This document shows, one piece after another, positions 1 through 9,263 of a stretch of 64,000 nucleotides of DNA. The stretch is from a bacterium (GTDB taxonomy: Bacteria > UBA8248): assembly GCA_965207065.1 (NCBI GenBank), contig OZ242260.1:2016001-2080000 (forward strand). The letters run 5' to 3'. Within the stretch, counting starts at the first letter, position 1. The number at the start of each line of letters is the position of its first letter. The position numbers and the translations under genes are program-made. The notes under the pieces were generated by a model, which saw only the letters and a list, made by a program, of their open reading frames with translations, did not search any database and was not told the DNA's origin.

Positions 1-79
1 CCCCAATCTCGGGCAGGGGGAATTCCTGTAAGCTGATTTTCCCTGGCGTCTCTACGACGGCTGAAACCTCATGCGTCAT
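1..79 (-). CDS. N-terminus of a probable zinc-dependent (MDR) dehydrogenase, running off the window edge
   Basis: Manual translation MTHEVSAVVETPGKISLQEFPLPEIG with GGAGAAGG upstream of ATG at 79; resembles MDR N-termini; only 26 codons visible; not in the ORF track. Confidence 0.5.
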   Translation of the reverse strand, partial: MTHEVSAVVETPGKISLQEFPLPEIG

Positions 80-109
80 GGCCTTCTCCCGTAAATCGTT
101 TGCGCCGCG

Positions 110-766
110 TTAATCGGTGTCGAACTTCTGAGCGAGGCGGGGGAAGAGGTCGCGCATCGATTCTCCCTGGGCGATGCGTCCTTTCACCTCGTTTTCGATG
201 TCCCGGATCCGGGTGACCTGCCGCTTCACCTTTTTCAGAGCGCTTTGCGGAACGACGGCCACGCCGTCGATATCCGCGACGACCATGTCGCCTGGTTCCA
301 CTCGGACCCCGCAGCAGGTGACGGGGGCGTCTTTCGCCACGACTTCCAGGCGCTTCGGAAAAGCCAGGCTCCACACCGATTTGCTGAACACGGGGAAATC
401 GAGGTCCCGGAGGGCTTCGAGATCGCGCGTCGCTCCGTCGATCACGCAGCCAAGGGCGCCGCGCCGTTTGCAGACGCTGCTCGCGCCCCCGCCCCAGACG
501 GCCAGGGGAGAGCTCGCCGCGTCGACGACGACCACCGAGCCCGCGGGAACTTCTTCCACGGCGTCATAGAGGCTGAAAAGGGCCTTGGCGCCCGGGTTTC
601 GCACCGGCGCGAACACCATGGTGGCGGCCGGTCCTGCGAACCTTGGATAAGTCTCGGGCGCGTTGGGCCGGGGGCCTTCCATGATGAGATTGAGCCCCAG
701 GGCCGTGGCGGCGTCGCCGAGCGTGGCCGTCTCGACGTCTGAGAAAAACACTGCGTCCGAATCCAT
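110..766 (-). CDS. RraA family / HMG-aldolase-like protein
   Basis: TATLGDA, FAGPAATM, WGG, GCVIDGATRD and GDMVVADIDGVAVVP motifs; AGGAG precedes ATG at 766, so I shortened the ORF-track start. Confidence 0.85.
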   Translation of the reverse strand: MDSDAVFFSDVETATLGDAATALGLNLIMEGPRPNAPETYPRFAGPAATMVFAPVRNPGAKALFSLYDAVEEVPAGSVVVVDAASSPLAVWGGGASSVCKRRGALGCVIDGATRDLEALRDLDFPVFSKSVWSLAFPKRLEVVAKDAPVTCCGVRVEPGDMVVADIDGVAVVPQSALKKVKRQVTRIRDIENEVKGRIAQGESMRDLFPRLAQKFDTD

Positions 767-824
767 GCGGGTCTCCTTTGAAGAAATCCGTACATTACGG
801 TGTTTCTGCACGAATGTCCGCCTT

Positions 825-910
825 GAAACACACCTGAAACAAAGCATCACGTAACAAGGTGGCAACATAACTTTTACGCAAAGGAAACACATATTTAAAA
901 TTATGGAAAC
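825..910 (+). promoter_or_regulatory. 11-bp-phased pentamer array (GlnR-box-like) upstream of nirA
   Basis: GAAAC 825 and 836; then GTAAC 851, GCAAC 862, TTTAC 873, GAAAC 884, TTAAA 895, GAAAC 906. Confidence 0.7.
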
Positions 911-1016
911 CACCGACCCGCCTCCCGTCTGCTATTCATACTCCCGGTGAGGGAGATGAGCATGGTCTCCACCAGGGTTTGTGCTTCAGGTTTCATCGAC
1001 TCGGGAGAGAAATCAG

Positions 1017-2528
1017 ATGCGGGCGGTTTCGGATCAGAAAATCAACAAAATCGAGGAAATCAAGGCGGAGAAAGACCCCTTCGACATCGCCGGAGAAATC
1101 GCGCGATTCGCGAACGAGGGTTGGGAAGCGATTCCGGATGACGACAAAGAGCGGTTGAAGTGGCGCGGGGTGTTTTTCCGTAAGCAGACGCCCGGACACT
1201 TCATGATGCGGCTTCGCTCCTCGAACGGCTTGATGAATTCCGAGCAATTCCGCGTCATCGCCCGCATCAGCGATGAGTTCGGTCCAGGCCATGCGGACAT
1301 CACCACGCGCCAGCAGATCCAGTTGCGCGGAGTGGCGATAGACCGGGTGGAGGAAATCTGGCGAAGACTCGAAGACGTCGGCCTGCATTCGCGTCAGACT
1401 GGAATGGACAACATCCGCGGCATTATGGGCTGTCCCGTTGCAGGCCTGACCCCAAAAGAACTCTTCGACGCATCGGCTGTCGTCAGGCAGTTCGATGAGA
1501 TCATCGTAGGCAACCGCGAATTCACGAACCTGCCGCGCAAGTTCAACGTCACGATCACGGGATGTTGCGAGAATTGCACGCACGGCGAGGCTCAGGATAT
1601 TTCTCTCACTCCCGCTTTCAAGGAGATGGGTGGGGAAAAGATAAAAGGCTTCAACGTCGCCGTGGGCGGGAAGATGGGTTCGGGCGGATACACGGTCGCC
1701 ACGCCGCTGGACGTCTTCGTCCTGCCCGAGGAGGCGGCCGAATTGTGCGCGAACATCACGCGCGTTTTCAGAGACAACGGCTCTCGCGGCAACCGCAAGA
1801 AAAACCGCCTTGCGTTTCTGATTCAGGAGTGGGGAGCGGAGAAATTCCGCACAGAACTGGAGAACCGGACGGGCTCTCCACTCGTCACCGCAGGTGAAGA
1901 CGCCAGGGACAAGAAGGCCAAGAATCCCCATGTGGGCATCTTCCGGCAAAAGGAAGCCGGGCTGAATTACGCGGGTCTCGTGGTTCCCGTCGGGCGCATC
2001 ACCTCCCGGCAACTCTTCGAGGCAGCGCGTCTGGCAGACGACTACGGAAGCGGGGACATCCGCCTCACGCCGTTTCAAAACATCATCATCGCGGGGATCC
2101 CCGACGCCAGGGTGGGCGATTTCACACAAGAGCCGCTTCTGAAAGAGCTTCGCTACGACCCGCCCGAGGTGATTCGCGGAATGGTGAGCTGCACGGGCAT
2201 CGACTACTGCCACTTCGCCACCATCGAAACCAAAGAACACGCGATTGAGCTCGGAAAGCAATTGGAGAACCAGGTGGGGCAAACCTTGCCCGTGACTATC
2301 CACTGGTCTGGATGCCCCAACGCCTGCGGGAACCACGCCGCGGCGGACATCGGCCTGCTCGGCAAGAAGGCGCGCCGGGGCAAGGAGGTCGTCGACGCAG
2401 TAGACGTGTTCTTGAAGGGAAAGACCGGCCCGGACTCAAAAGTCCCCCAAAAACTTCTGGAGAACGTGCCGTGTGACGAACTACCGGAACTGTTGTCCCG
2501 GGTCGTTCCGTATATCACGAGAAAATAA
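1017..2528 (+). CDS. nirA: Ferredoxin-nitrite reductase (siroheme, 4Fe-4S)
   Basis: FMMRLR, ITTRQQIQ, NLPRKFN, SCTGIDYC and SGCPNAC motifs; operon with nitrate transporter and nitrate reductase; GGGAGA before ATG 1017. Confidence 0.9.
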   Translation: MRAVSDQKINKIEEIKAEKDPFDIAGEIARFANEGWEAIPDDDKERLKWRGVFFRKQTPGHFMMRLRSSNGLMNSEQFRVIARISDEFGPGHADITTRQQIQLRGVAIDRVEEIWRRLEDVGLHSRQTGMDNIRGIMGCPVAGLTPKELFDASAVVRQFDEIIVGNREFTNLPRKFNVTITGCCENCTHGEAQDISLTPAFKEMGGEKIKGFNVAVGGKMGSGGYTVATPLDVFVLPEEAAELCANITRVFRDNGSRGNRKKNRLAFLIQEWGAEKFRTELENRTGSPLVTAGEDARDKKAKNPHVGIFRQKEAGLNYAGLVVPVGRITSRQLFEAARLADDYGSGDIRLTPFQNIIIAGIPDARVGDFTQEPLLKELRYDPPEVIRGMVSCTGIDYCHFATIETKEHAIELGKQLENQVGQTLPVTIHWSGCPNACGNHAAADIGLLGKKARRGKEVVDAVDVFLKGKTGPDSKVPQKLLENVPCDELPELLSRVVPYITRK

Positions 2529-2561
2529 ACACGCCGGACCAAGCCAAAAAAGGAGACAGAA

Positions 2562-3908
2562 ATGGATTTTGCGAACAAAGCGACTCGAATCCGCCTCACC
2601 GACTTCAAGACCCCGCAGATGCGAGCTTTTCACGTGACGTGGTTCGCCTTCTTTCTATGCTTTTTCGGCTGGTTCGGCATCGCGCCGCTCATGGCGGTCG
2701 TACGCGAGGAATTGCTACTCACGAAAGCGCAAATCGGCAATACCATCATCGCCTCGGTCGCCATCACGGTTCTGGTGCGGCTGCTCATCGGCCCCTTGTG
2801 CGATCGCTACGGGGCGCGGCTTGTCTACTCGGCGCTGCTGGTTCTGGGTTCCATACCCGTCATGGGAATCGGCCTCGCCAACAGCTACGAGACCTTTTTG
2901 CTCTTCCGCCTCGCCATCGGGGCCATCGGCGCTTCGTTCGTCATCACGCAATACCACACCTCGGTCATGTTCGCGCCCAACTGCGTGGGAACCGCCAACG
3001 CCACGACCGCCGGGTGGGGGAACCTTGGCGGGGGCGTCACGCAGATGGCCATGCCGCTGGTGTTCGCGGCGGCCCTCACCTTCGGCGCGGATAAATTCCT
3101 GGGCTGGCGTCTGGCCATGGTCGTTCCCGGAGTCGCGCTGTTCCTGACGGGTATCGCCTACTATTTCCTCACCCAGGACGCGCCGGACGGCAACTATAAG
3201 GAGCTTCGCGAACGCGGCGAGATGGAGCCGGCCAAGGGTTCGGGGTGGACGTCGTTCAAACTCGCGGCGAAAGACTACCGCGTGTGGGCGCTGTTCATCA
3301 TCTACGCGGCCTGTTTCGGCGTGGAACTCACCATCAACAACGTCGCCGCCCTTTATTATTTCGACCACTTCAAGCTGGACATCAAGACAGCCGGTCTCAT
3401 CGCGGGTCTTTTCGGACTCATGAACATCTTCGCCAGAACGCTGGGCGGCGTGTTTTCCGACAAAATTGCTGTACGAGGCGGCCTCAAGGGCCGAGTCTGG
3501 TTCATGGGTATCGTTATATTTCTCGAAGGAATCGCGCTCATGATTTTCGCGAACATGGAGACGCTGTTGTTAGCGGTTCCGGCGATGATCATCTTCAGCC
3601 TGTTCGTTCAGATGGCGGAGGGGGCCACCTATGGCATCGTTCCCTTTATGAATAAAAAGGCGTTGGGCGCGGTGGCCGGTATCGTGGGCGCAGGCGGAAA
3701 CGCGGGCGCCGTGGCGGCCGGCTTCCTGTTCCGCGCCGAGGGTCTGACGACGCAGGAAGCCCTTTTCTACTTGGGCGCGACGGTGGCGGCCTGTTCCGTC
3801 CTGGCGCTTGCGGTGCAGTTCACACCCGAAGTGATCGCCCGGGAGAAAGAAGCCCTGGCGGCTGCGCTCAACGAGAGGGAGCAAGTGGGTATGCGCCCGG
3901 CAGCCTAG
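2562..3908 (+). CDS. narK: MFS nitrate/nitrite transporter (NNP/NRT2 type)
   Basis: MRAFHVTWFAFF, nitrate signature AGWGNLGGG, second signature GIVGAGGNAG; about 12 hydrophobic segments. Confidence 0.92.
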   Translation: MDFANKATRIRLTDFKTPQMRAFHVTWFAFFLCFFGWFGIAPLMAVVREELLLTKAQIGNTIIASVAITVLVRLLIGPLCDRYGARLVYSALLVLGSIPVMGIGLANSYETFLLFRLAIGAIGASFVITQYHTSVMFAPNCVGTANATTAGWGNLGGGVTQMAMPLVFAAALTFGADKFLGWRLAMVVPGVALFLTGIAYYFLTQDAPDGNYKELRERGEMEPAKGSGWTSFKLAAKDYRVWALFIIYAACFGVELTINNVAALYYFDHFKLDIKTAGLIAGLFGLMNIFARTLGGVFSDKIAVRGGLKGRVWFMGIVIFLEGIALMIFANMETLLLAVPAMIIFSLFVQMAEGATYGIVPFMNKKALGAVAGIVGAGGNAGAVAAGFLFRAEGLTTQEALFYLGATVAACSVLALAVQFTPEVIAREKEALAAALNEREQVGMRPAA

Positions 3909-4017
3909 GGCGGACGACCTGTATCCCGGTCATGAGGAATGCGCAGTCGGCATCGCGGGCTGCGTCTTCCCTTGCCGCTCGACGATGAACGCGTTTTGAA
4001 GTGTGGGAGTGCAACGT

Positions 4018-6162
4018 ATGGATGTGGATGAGATAGACGAATCAATCCGTTCGGGCAAGGCGGTGTGTCCTTACTGCGGCGTGGGGTGCGTCATCACGGC
4101 CAAAGTGCGCAATAACAAGATCATCAAAATCGGGGCCGATAAGGATCAGGCGCCCAATTTCGGCATGCTGTGTCCAAAGGGCGCTTATCTGAAAGAAGTA
4201 TTCGATGAATCGGGAAGACTCAAATACCCCTTGATTCGCCGCCACCGGGGCATGGCGCCGACCCGCGTTTCCTGGGAGGAAGCCATCGACTTCGCCGCGG
4301 TAAGACTCCTAGAGATACAAAAGGAACACGGGCGGGACAGCGTCGGATTTTATGGATCCGGTCAACTCGACACCGAGGCGTCCTATCTTTTCACGAAAAT
4401 CTTCAAGGGCTATCTCCAGACGAACAACATGGACACCAACAGCCGCCTGTGCATGTCGAGCGCGGTGGCCGCCTATACGCAATCCTTCGGTTCCGACGCG
4501 CCTCCGACGTGCTACGACGACATCCAGCACGCCGAAGTCATCCTCATCATCGGCGCGAACATGGCGGAGAACCACCCGGTTCTTTTCCAGATGATCCGCA
4601 AACGCCGCGTGAAGGGCGGAAACGTGCGGGTGGTCGTCGTCGATCCGCGCTCGAACCCCACAGCGGAGTTCGCGGATGTCCACATACGCCTGGCGCCGGG
4701 AAGCGACGTGGCGTTTCTGCAACTCCTTTCCAAGAGACTCCTGGGAATCGGCAGGATGGATGCGCCATTCATCAGAAGGCGAACGGAGGACTTTTCCTCA
4801 TACGCCGCGCATCTCAAAGCGCTGGATGAAGAAGTCCTCCTCAAGACGTGCGATATCCACCCCGCCCGGGTCGACGAGATGGTGGAATATCTTACGACGC
4901 CTTGCAGACTGCTCAGCTTTTACTGTCAGGGGACGAACCAGAGCACCCAAGGCGTGGAGAAATGTCTGGCGCTTCAGAATTTACACCTCCAACTCGGAGA
5001 GATCGGGAAAAAAGGGGCGGGCCCGTTCTCGTTGACGGGCCAGCCCAACGCCATGGGTGGACGCGAGGTGGGTTACCTGTCTCACCAGTTGCCCGGCCAT
5101 CGCCTCGTAGCGAACGATGCGCACCGCGCCTACCTGGAAGGCGCCTGGGGAATCCGGCCGGGGGGCATCTCGACCGAGCCGGGCCTGACGGCCGTGCCCA
5201 TGTTTCAGGCGGCGGCGGAGGGAGCGATTCGCGCCATGTGGATAGCCGCGACGAACCCCGCCGTCACCATGCCGGACGTCAAAGTAGCGCGCGAGGGTCT
5301 CAGGCGGGCGGAACTCGTCATCGTGCAGGATTGCTATTTCCCGACGGAGACAGCGGAGTTCGCGGACGTTCTCCTGCCCGTCGCGCAATGGGGCGAGAAG
5401 GAAGGGACGATGACGAACAGCGAACGCCTCGTCGTGCGGAGTGAGAAGTTTCTCGACCCGCCGGGCGAGGCGATGCCCGATTGGTGGATCGCATCGCAAA
5501 TCGCCGGGGAAATGGGTTTCGATGGATTCGACTTCGCCTCCCACGAGGATGTCTGGAACGAGTTCCGCCGCCTCACCGCAGGCACGTCCTGTGATATGGC
5601 GGGGATGACGGACGAGCGGCTGAGGCAAGCCCCCATGCAATGGCCGTGTCCCCACCCGAGGCATCCTGGCACGCCGAGGCGCTATCTGAGAGGCAGGTTC
5701 GCGACTGAATCCGGCCGGGCGAAGTTCATGCCCTGCGTCCACAAGCCGCCGGATGAAGCCGCAGACGCCCAATATCCCATGACCCTCACCACGGGCCGTG
5801 TGGCCCAGCACTGGCATACGGGGACGCGCACAATGAAGGTGCCCCAACTCGTCAGCCAGGAGCCCGAGCCGTTCATCGAGATTCATCCCGATGACGCCGC
5901 CCGCCACCGCGTGAAAGAGGGAGAATGGATTTTCCTCATCGGTCGCAGGGGAAGAACATACGCCCGCGCCAGATACACGAGCCGCATCCGGCGGGGGCTT
6001 CTCTTCATGCCGATGCACTGGGGCGAGTCGTTCCATCCCGAGACGAACGTGAACCGCGTCACCAACCCCGCGCTCGATCCGGTATCCCACCAACCGGAAC
6101 TCAAGTGCTGCGCCGTGCGCATCGAGCGCGAGGAGAAACGCGCTTCACTCACTCCGGTTTAA
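4018..6162 (+). CDS. narB: Assimilatory nitrate reductase catalytic subunit (Mo-bisPGD)
   Basis: CPYCGVGC..C cluster motif, DTNSRLCMSSA, SLTGQPNAMGGRE, TTGR..HWHT, DPVSHQPELK; alternative GTG start at 4003. Confidence 0.9.
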   Translation: MDVDEIDESIRSGKAVCPYCGVGCVITAKVRNNKIIKIGADKDQAPNFGMLCPKGAYLKEVFDESGRLKYPLIRRHRGMAPTRVSWEEAIDFAAVRLLEIQKEHGRDSVGFYGSGQLDTEASYLFTKIFKGYLQTNNMDTNSRLCMSSAVAAYTQSFGSDAPPTCYDDIQHAEVILIIGANMAENHPVLFQMIRKRRVKGGNVRVVVVDPRSNPTAEFADVHIRLAPGSDVAFLQLLSKRLLGIGRMDAPFIRRRTEDFSSYAAHLKALDEEVLLKTCDIHPARVDEMVEYLTTPCRLLSFYCQGTNQSTQGVEKCLALQNLHLQLGEIGKKGAGPFSLTGQPNAMGGREVGYLSHQLPGHRLVANDAHRAYLEGAWGIRPGGISTEPGLTAVPMFQAAAEGAIRAMWIAATNPAVTMPDVKVAREGLRRAELVIVQDCYFPTETAEFADVLLPVAQWGEKEGTMTNSERLVVRSEKFLDPPGEAMPDWWIASQIAGEMGFDGFDFASHEDVWNEFRRLTAGTSCDMAGMTDERLRQAPMQWPCPHPRHPGTPRRYLRGRFATESGRAKFMPCVHKPPDEAADAQYPMTLTTGRVAQHWHTGTRTMKVPQLVSQEPEPFIEIHPDDAARHRVKEGEWIFLIGRRGRTYARARYTSRIRRGLLFMPMHWGESFHPETNVNRVTNPALDPVSHQPELKCCAVRIEREEKRASLTPV

Positions 6163-6319
6163 TCTCCGGGTACTCTGCTGCTTCTCCCTAAAGATTCGAC
6201 AACACCGGAAGCCGTTCCGCTTTCACTCGAAACCCTTTGTCTGGACTTTGTCCGTACACGGGAGCCGGGTGAACAAACCTCCCCGTTCGGGCTAAGATGA
6301 GGCCATCGGCCACGTCTTT

Positions 6320-8356
6320 ATGAACGGGGAATCCATGTACCGGGAAATTAGCGGGGAAATAGACCCCATAACCCTGGAAGTCATCAACGAGTCCTTCGTC
6401 GCCGTCGTCCGGGAGATGCGCGCGAACATGGTGCGCACGGCGTATTCCTCCATCATCTACGAGGGGCACGATTTCTCCTGCGTGCTCGTGGACGGCGAGG
6501 GCCAACTCGTCGCCATGGCGGAGGACAACCCCGTCCACATCTTCCCGGTGCCGATGGAAGTCGGCCAGATGCTGGAGCGGTTCAGGGGCGATATCCACCC
6601 GGGCGACGTTTTCATCCACAACGACCCCTATACGGGCGGAACGCACCTGAACGACGTGGCGATCATCTCGCCCCTGTTCCATGGCGGGGAAATGGCGGTC
6701 TACCCCGTCGTCCGCGCCCACTGGGGGGACGTGGGCGGCACGACGCCGGGGAGTATTTCCGGGAAGAACACCGAGATTCTCCACGACGGGGTGCGTATTC
6801 CCATTTTAAGGATCATCGAGAAGGGGAAGCTCAACGAGGGGATTCTCGACCTTCTCCTGCACAACATGCGGGTTCCCGAGGAGCGGCGCGGGGATTTCTT
6901 CGCCATGCTGGCCACATGCCATACCGCTCACAAGCGGCTGGATGAGCTGGCCGCGAAATACGGTTGGGGCGTCATCCTCGCCGCGAAGGATCGCCTCCTC
7001 GAACGCGCCGAAACCTCCATGCGGCGCAGAATCGCCGCCCTGCCCGACGGGGAATCCACTTATGAGCATTTCATGGATCACGACGGGCATTCGCTCACGC
7101 CGATACGCATCCGTGTAAGAGTCGAGAAAACGGGTGATGAGCTGATAGTTGATTTTCACGGAACCGACCCGCAGACGAAAGGGGCCTACAACGTGGGTCC
7201 CGCCATGGCTCCATCCGCTGCTTTCAGCGTCATCAAGGCGTTCCTGGACCCCAAAGGCGCTATCAACCACGGGGCCTTTCGTCCGCTCAACATCGAGGTC
7301 GAGCCCGGCTCGCTGCTATCGGCGCGATATCCGGCGAGTTGCGCGGGCTCGATGGAAGTGAGCCACGCCGTGGTCTCCGCTTTGATCGGCGCCACAGCGC
7401 GCTTCGCGTCAGAAGTCGTGACGGGCGATCTCAAGGGCACGTCGAACCACGTCTATATCGGAGGGCGGGATGCGCGAAACGGGGAGCCGTTTCTCTTCTA
7501 TGAGTTTCCGGCGGGCGGCACGGGCGGCTTCGCCGAGAGCGACGGCAACAACGCCACGCGCAATTTCACGGAAGGGGACTTCGCCTCCATTCAATCGGTC
7601 GAGGTCATCGAGCAGGGCCAGCCGCTCAGGATAAGGGAACTCTCCCTGCGTGCGGATTCGGGCGGAGCCGGCGACCACAGAGGCGGGCTGGGCCTGCACC
7701 GCGAGGTGGAGGTACTGGCCGAGAACGCGCTGCTCTCGATTTCCTCGGATAAGAACGTCATCCCGCCCTTCGGCGTCCTCGGCGGCGGGCCGGGGAAGCC
7801 CAACGGCTTCAGTGTCGCGCGGGGAGGGGAGACCCTGGCGCCTTCCGAGACGCCGGGAAAGGCTGCGGGTTTTCCGCTTGAGCGGGGCGACGTTTTCGTC
7901 ATGGAGACCTCGGGCGGCGGCGGTTTCGGCGACCCGTTTCAGCGGGATATCGAGTCGGTTCTCGCCGACGTGCGTGCGGGCTATGTGAGCGTGGAGGGAG
8001 CGAGGGAGGAATACGCCGTCATCGTGCAAGACGGCGCCCTGGATGAGGAGGCCACGCAAGCGCGCAGGCAGGCCGCCCGGGCGGCGAGGCGCGCGGTGAC
8101 TCTCGTTCACAGAGATGAAAAAGCCCGCGAAGATTCCCGCCGCAGGTGCTATATGAATCCAGCGACGATGGCGGGGCGGGGTCTTCACGAAGGGGGTCTG
8201 GTCGAGTTGCGCGGTAAGTGGGGGGTGCCGCTTCGCGCATGGATGGAAGCGGACGATGCGCTGCCCGAGAACGCGGCGGGTCTGGGCGCAGACGGGTTGG
8301 CCATACTCGACGCCGAAGCGGGAGACGGCGTCTTTCTATCTCCTGTGGTCATGTAA
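6320..8356 (+). CDS. Hydantoinase B / 5-oxoprolinase family subunit with C-terminal extension
   Basis: IDPITLEVI, RTAYSSII, HNDPYTGGTHLND, HWGDVGG, DSGGAG..RGG, SGGGGFGDP. Confidence 0.9.
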   Translation: MNGESMYREISGEIDPITLEVINESFVAVVREMRANMVRTAYSSIIYEGHDFSCVLVDGEGQLVAMAEDNPVHIFPVPMEVGQMLERFRGDIHPGDVFIHNDPYTGGTHLNDVAIISPLFHGGEMAVYPVVRAHWGDVGGTTPGSISGKNTEILHDGVRIPILRIIEKGKLNEGILDLLLHNMRVPEERRGDFFAMLATCHTAHKRLDELAAKYGWGVILAAKDRLLERAETSMRRRIAALPDGESTYEHFMDHDGHSLTPIRIRVRVEKTGDELIVDFHGTDPQTKGAYNVGPAMAPSAAFSVIKAFLDPKGAINHGAFRPLNIEVEPGSLLSARYPASCAGSMEVSHAVVSALIGATARFASEVVTGDLKGTSNHVYIGGRDARNGEPFLFYEFPAGGTGGFAESDGNNATRNFTEGDFASIQSVEVIEQGQPLRIRELSLRADSGGAGDHRGGLGLHREVEVLAENALLSISSDKNVIPPFGVLGGGPGKPNGFSVARGGETLAPSETPGKAAGFPLERGDVFVMETSGGGGFGDPFQRDIESVLADVRAGYVSVEGAREEYAVIVQDGALDEEATQARRQAARAARRAVTLVHRDEKAREDSRRRCYMNPATMAGRGLHEGGLVELRGKWGVPLRAWMEADDALPENAAGLGADGLAILDAEAGDGVFLSPVVM

Positions 8357-8402
8357 GCCGTGCGGATATTCCGGGATTATATTCGATGCTTGACGAAGAT
8401 GA

Positions 8403-9029
8403 TTATTGTCTTTGAAGCAGAACCTGCAAGGCCTCGGTCGACTCTCTGCCTTGCGCTACAGTAAGTCGAAGGGCTTCGCTGGATTCTCTGCGTTCTTTTC
8501 TGCCTTCCTCGATGAAATCCCGGAACGCCGACCGTGACTCCCTGGTTTCTTCGATGAGTGTACTCAGAGCTTCGCTGGATTCTCTGCGCTGTTCCCTGCC
8601 TTCCTCTATGAATTTTCTCCAGGCTTCGCCGGATTCTTTGCGTTCTTTTTTGCTTTCTTCGATGAAATCCCGGAACGCCGACCGTGACTCCCTGGTTTCT
8701 TCGATGAGTGTACTCAGAGCTTCGCTGGATTCTCTACGCTGTTCCTTGCCTTCCTCTATGAATTTTCTCCAGGCTTCGCCGGATTCTTTGCGTTCTTTTT
8801 TGCTTTCTTCGATGAAATCTTTGAATGCCGCCCTGGATTCCCTGCCTTCCTCGATGAGTTCCCTAAGCGCCGCGGAATTTTCGTCCTGTTGTTTGGATCG
8901 GACCCAGTTGCCCCAGAGCATAGCGGCGATCCCACTGCCTATCAGGAGGCATTGCAACCCTCCGACGATAGCGACAACCCAGATATTCAATTCCATTAAT
9001 GCTAATGATGCTGCTTGAAATTCCGTCAT
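8403..9029 (-). CDS. Hypothetical protein: N-terminal TM segment plus E/R/K-rich tandem coiled-coil repeats
   Basis: GAGGAG upstream of ATG 9029; hydrophobic N-terminus; 50-aa duplication built from IEE-containing subunits. Confidence 0.7.
   Translation of the reverse strand: MTEFQAASLALMELNIWVVAIVGGLQCLLIGSGIAAMLWGNWVRSKQQDENSAALRELIEEGRESRAAFKDFIEESKKERKESGEAWRKFIEEGKEQRRESSEALSTLIEETRESRSAFRDFIEESKKERKESGEAWRKFIEEGREQRRESSEALSTLIEETRESRSAFRDFIEEGRKERRESSEALRLTVAQGRESTEALQVLLQRQ
8511..8819. repeat. 150-bp tandem duplication (2 near-identical copies) inside the hypothetical gene
   Basis: GATGAAATC recurs at 8511, 8661 and 8811; the intervening blocks are almost identical. Confidence 0.9.
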
Positions 9030-9263
9030 TTTCCACGCTCTCCTCAAGGACTCGAGTTTATCTTTCGGGTCCTCTGGAACGATCGTACAATAAAATCATA
9101 TCGTTTTACGGCGATTGTTTCAACTTGATCTTGGCGGGATTGGGCGTCATATTCCACCAGAAAATTCAACTGGAAGGCGAGTAATCTCCCAAGAACCTTT
9201 GGATGGCTCACGAACCCATGTATCATCGTCCTTTGCATCTTCTTTAACAGGAAGGCTGCTTCA

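Noticed and set aside
780-960. NtcA (GTA-N8-TAC) or sigma54 promoter upstream of nirA
   Set aside because: No properly spaced match found by eye; the 11-bp direct repeats explain the region better.
8512-9018. Plus-strand Ser-rich repeat ORF
   Set aside because: Antisense shadow of the minus-strand repeat gene, which has an RBS, a TM segment and a paralogue.
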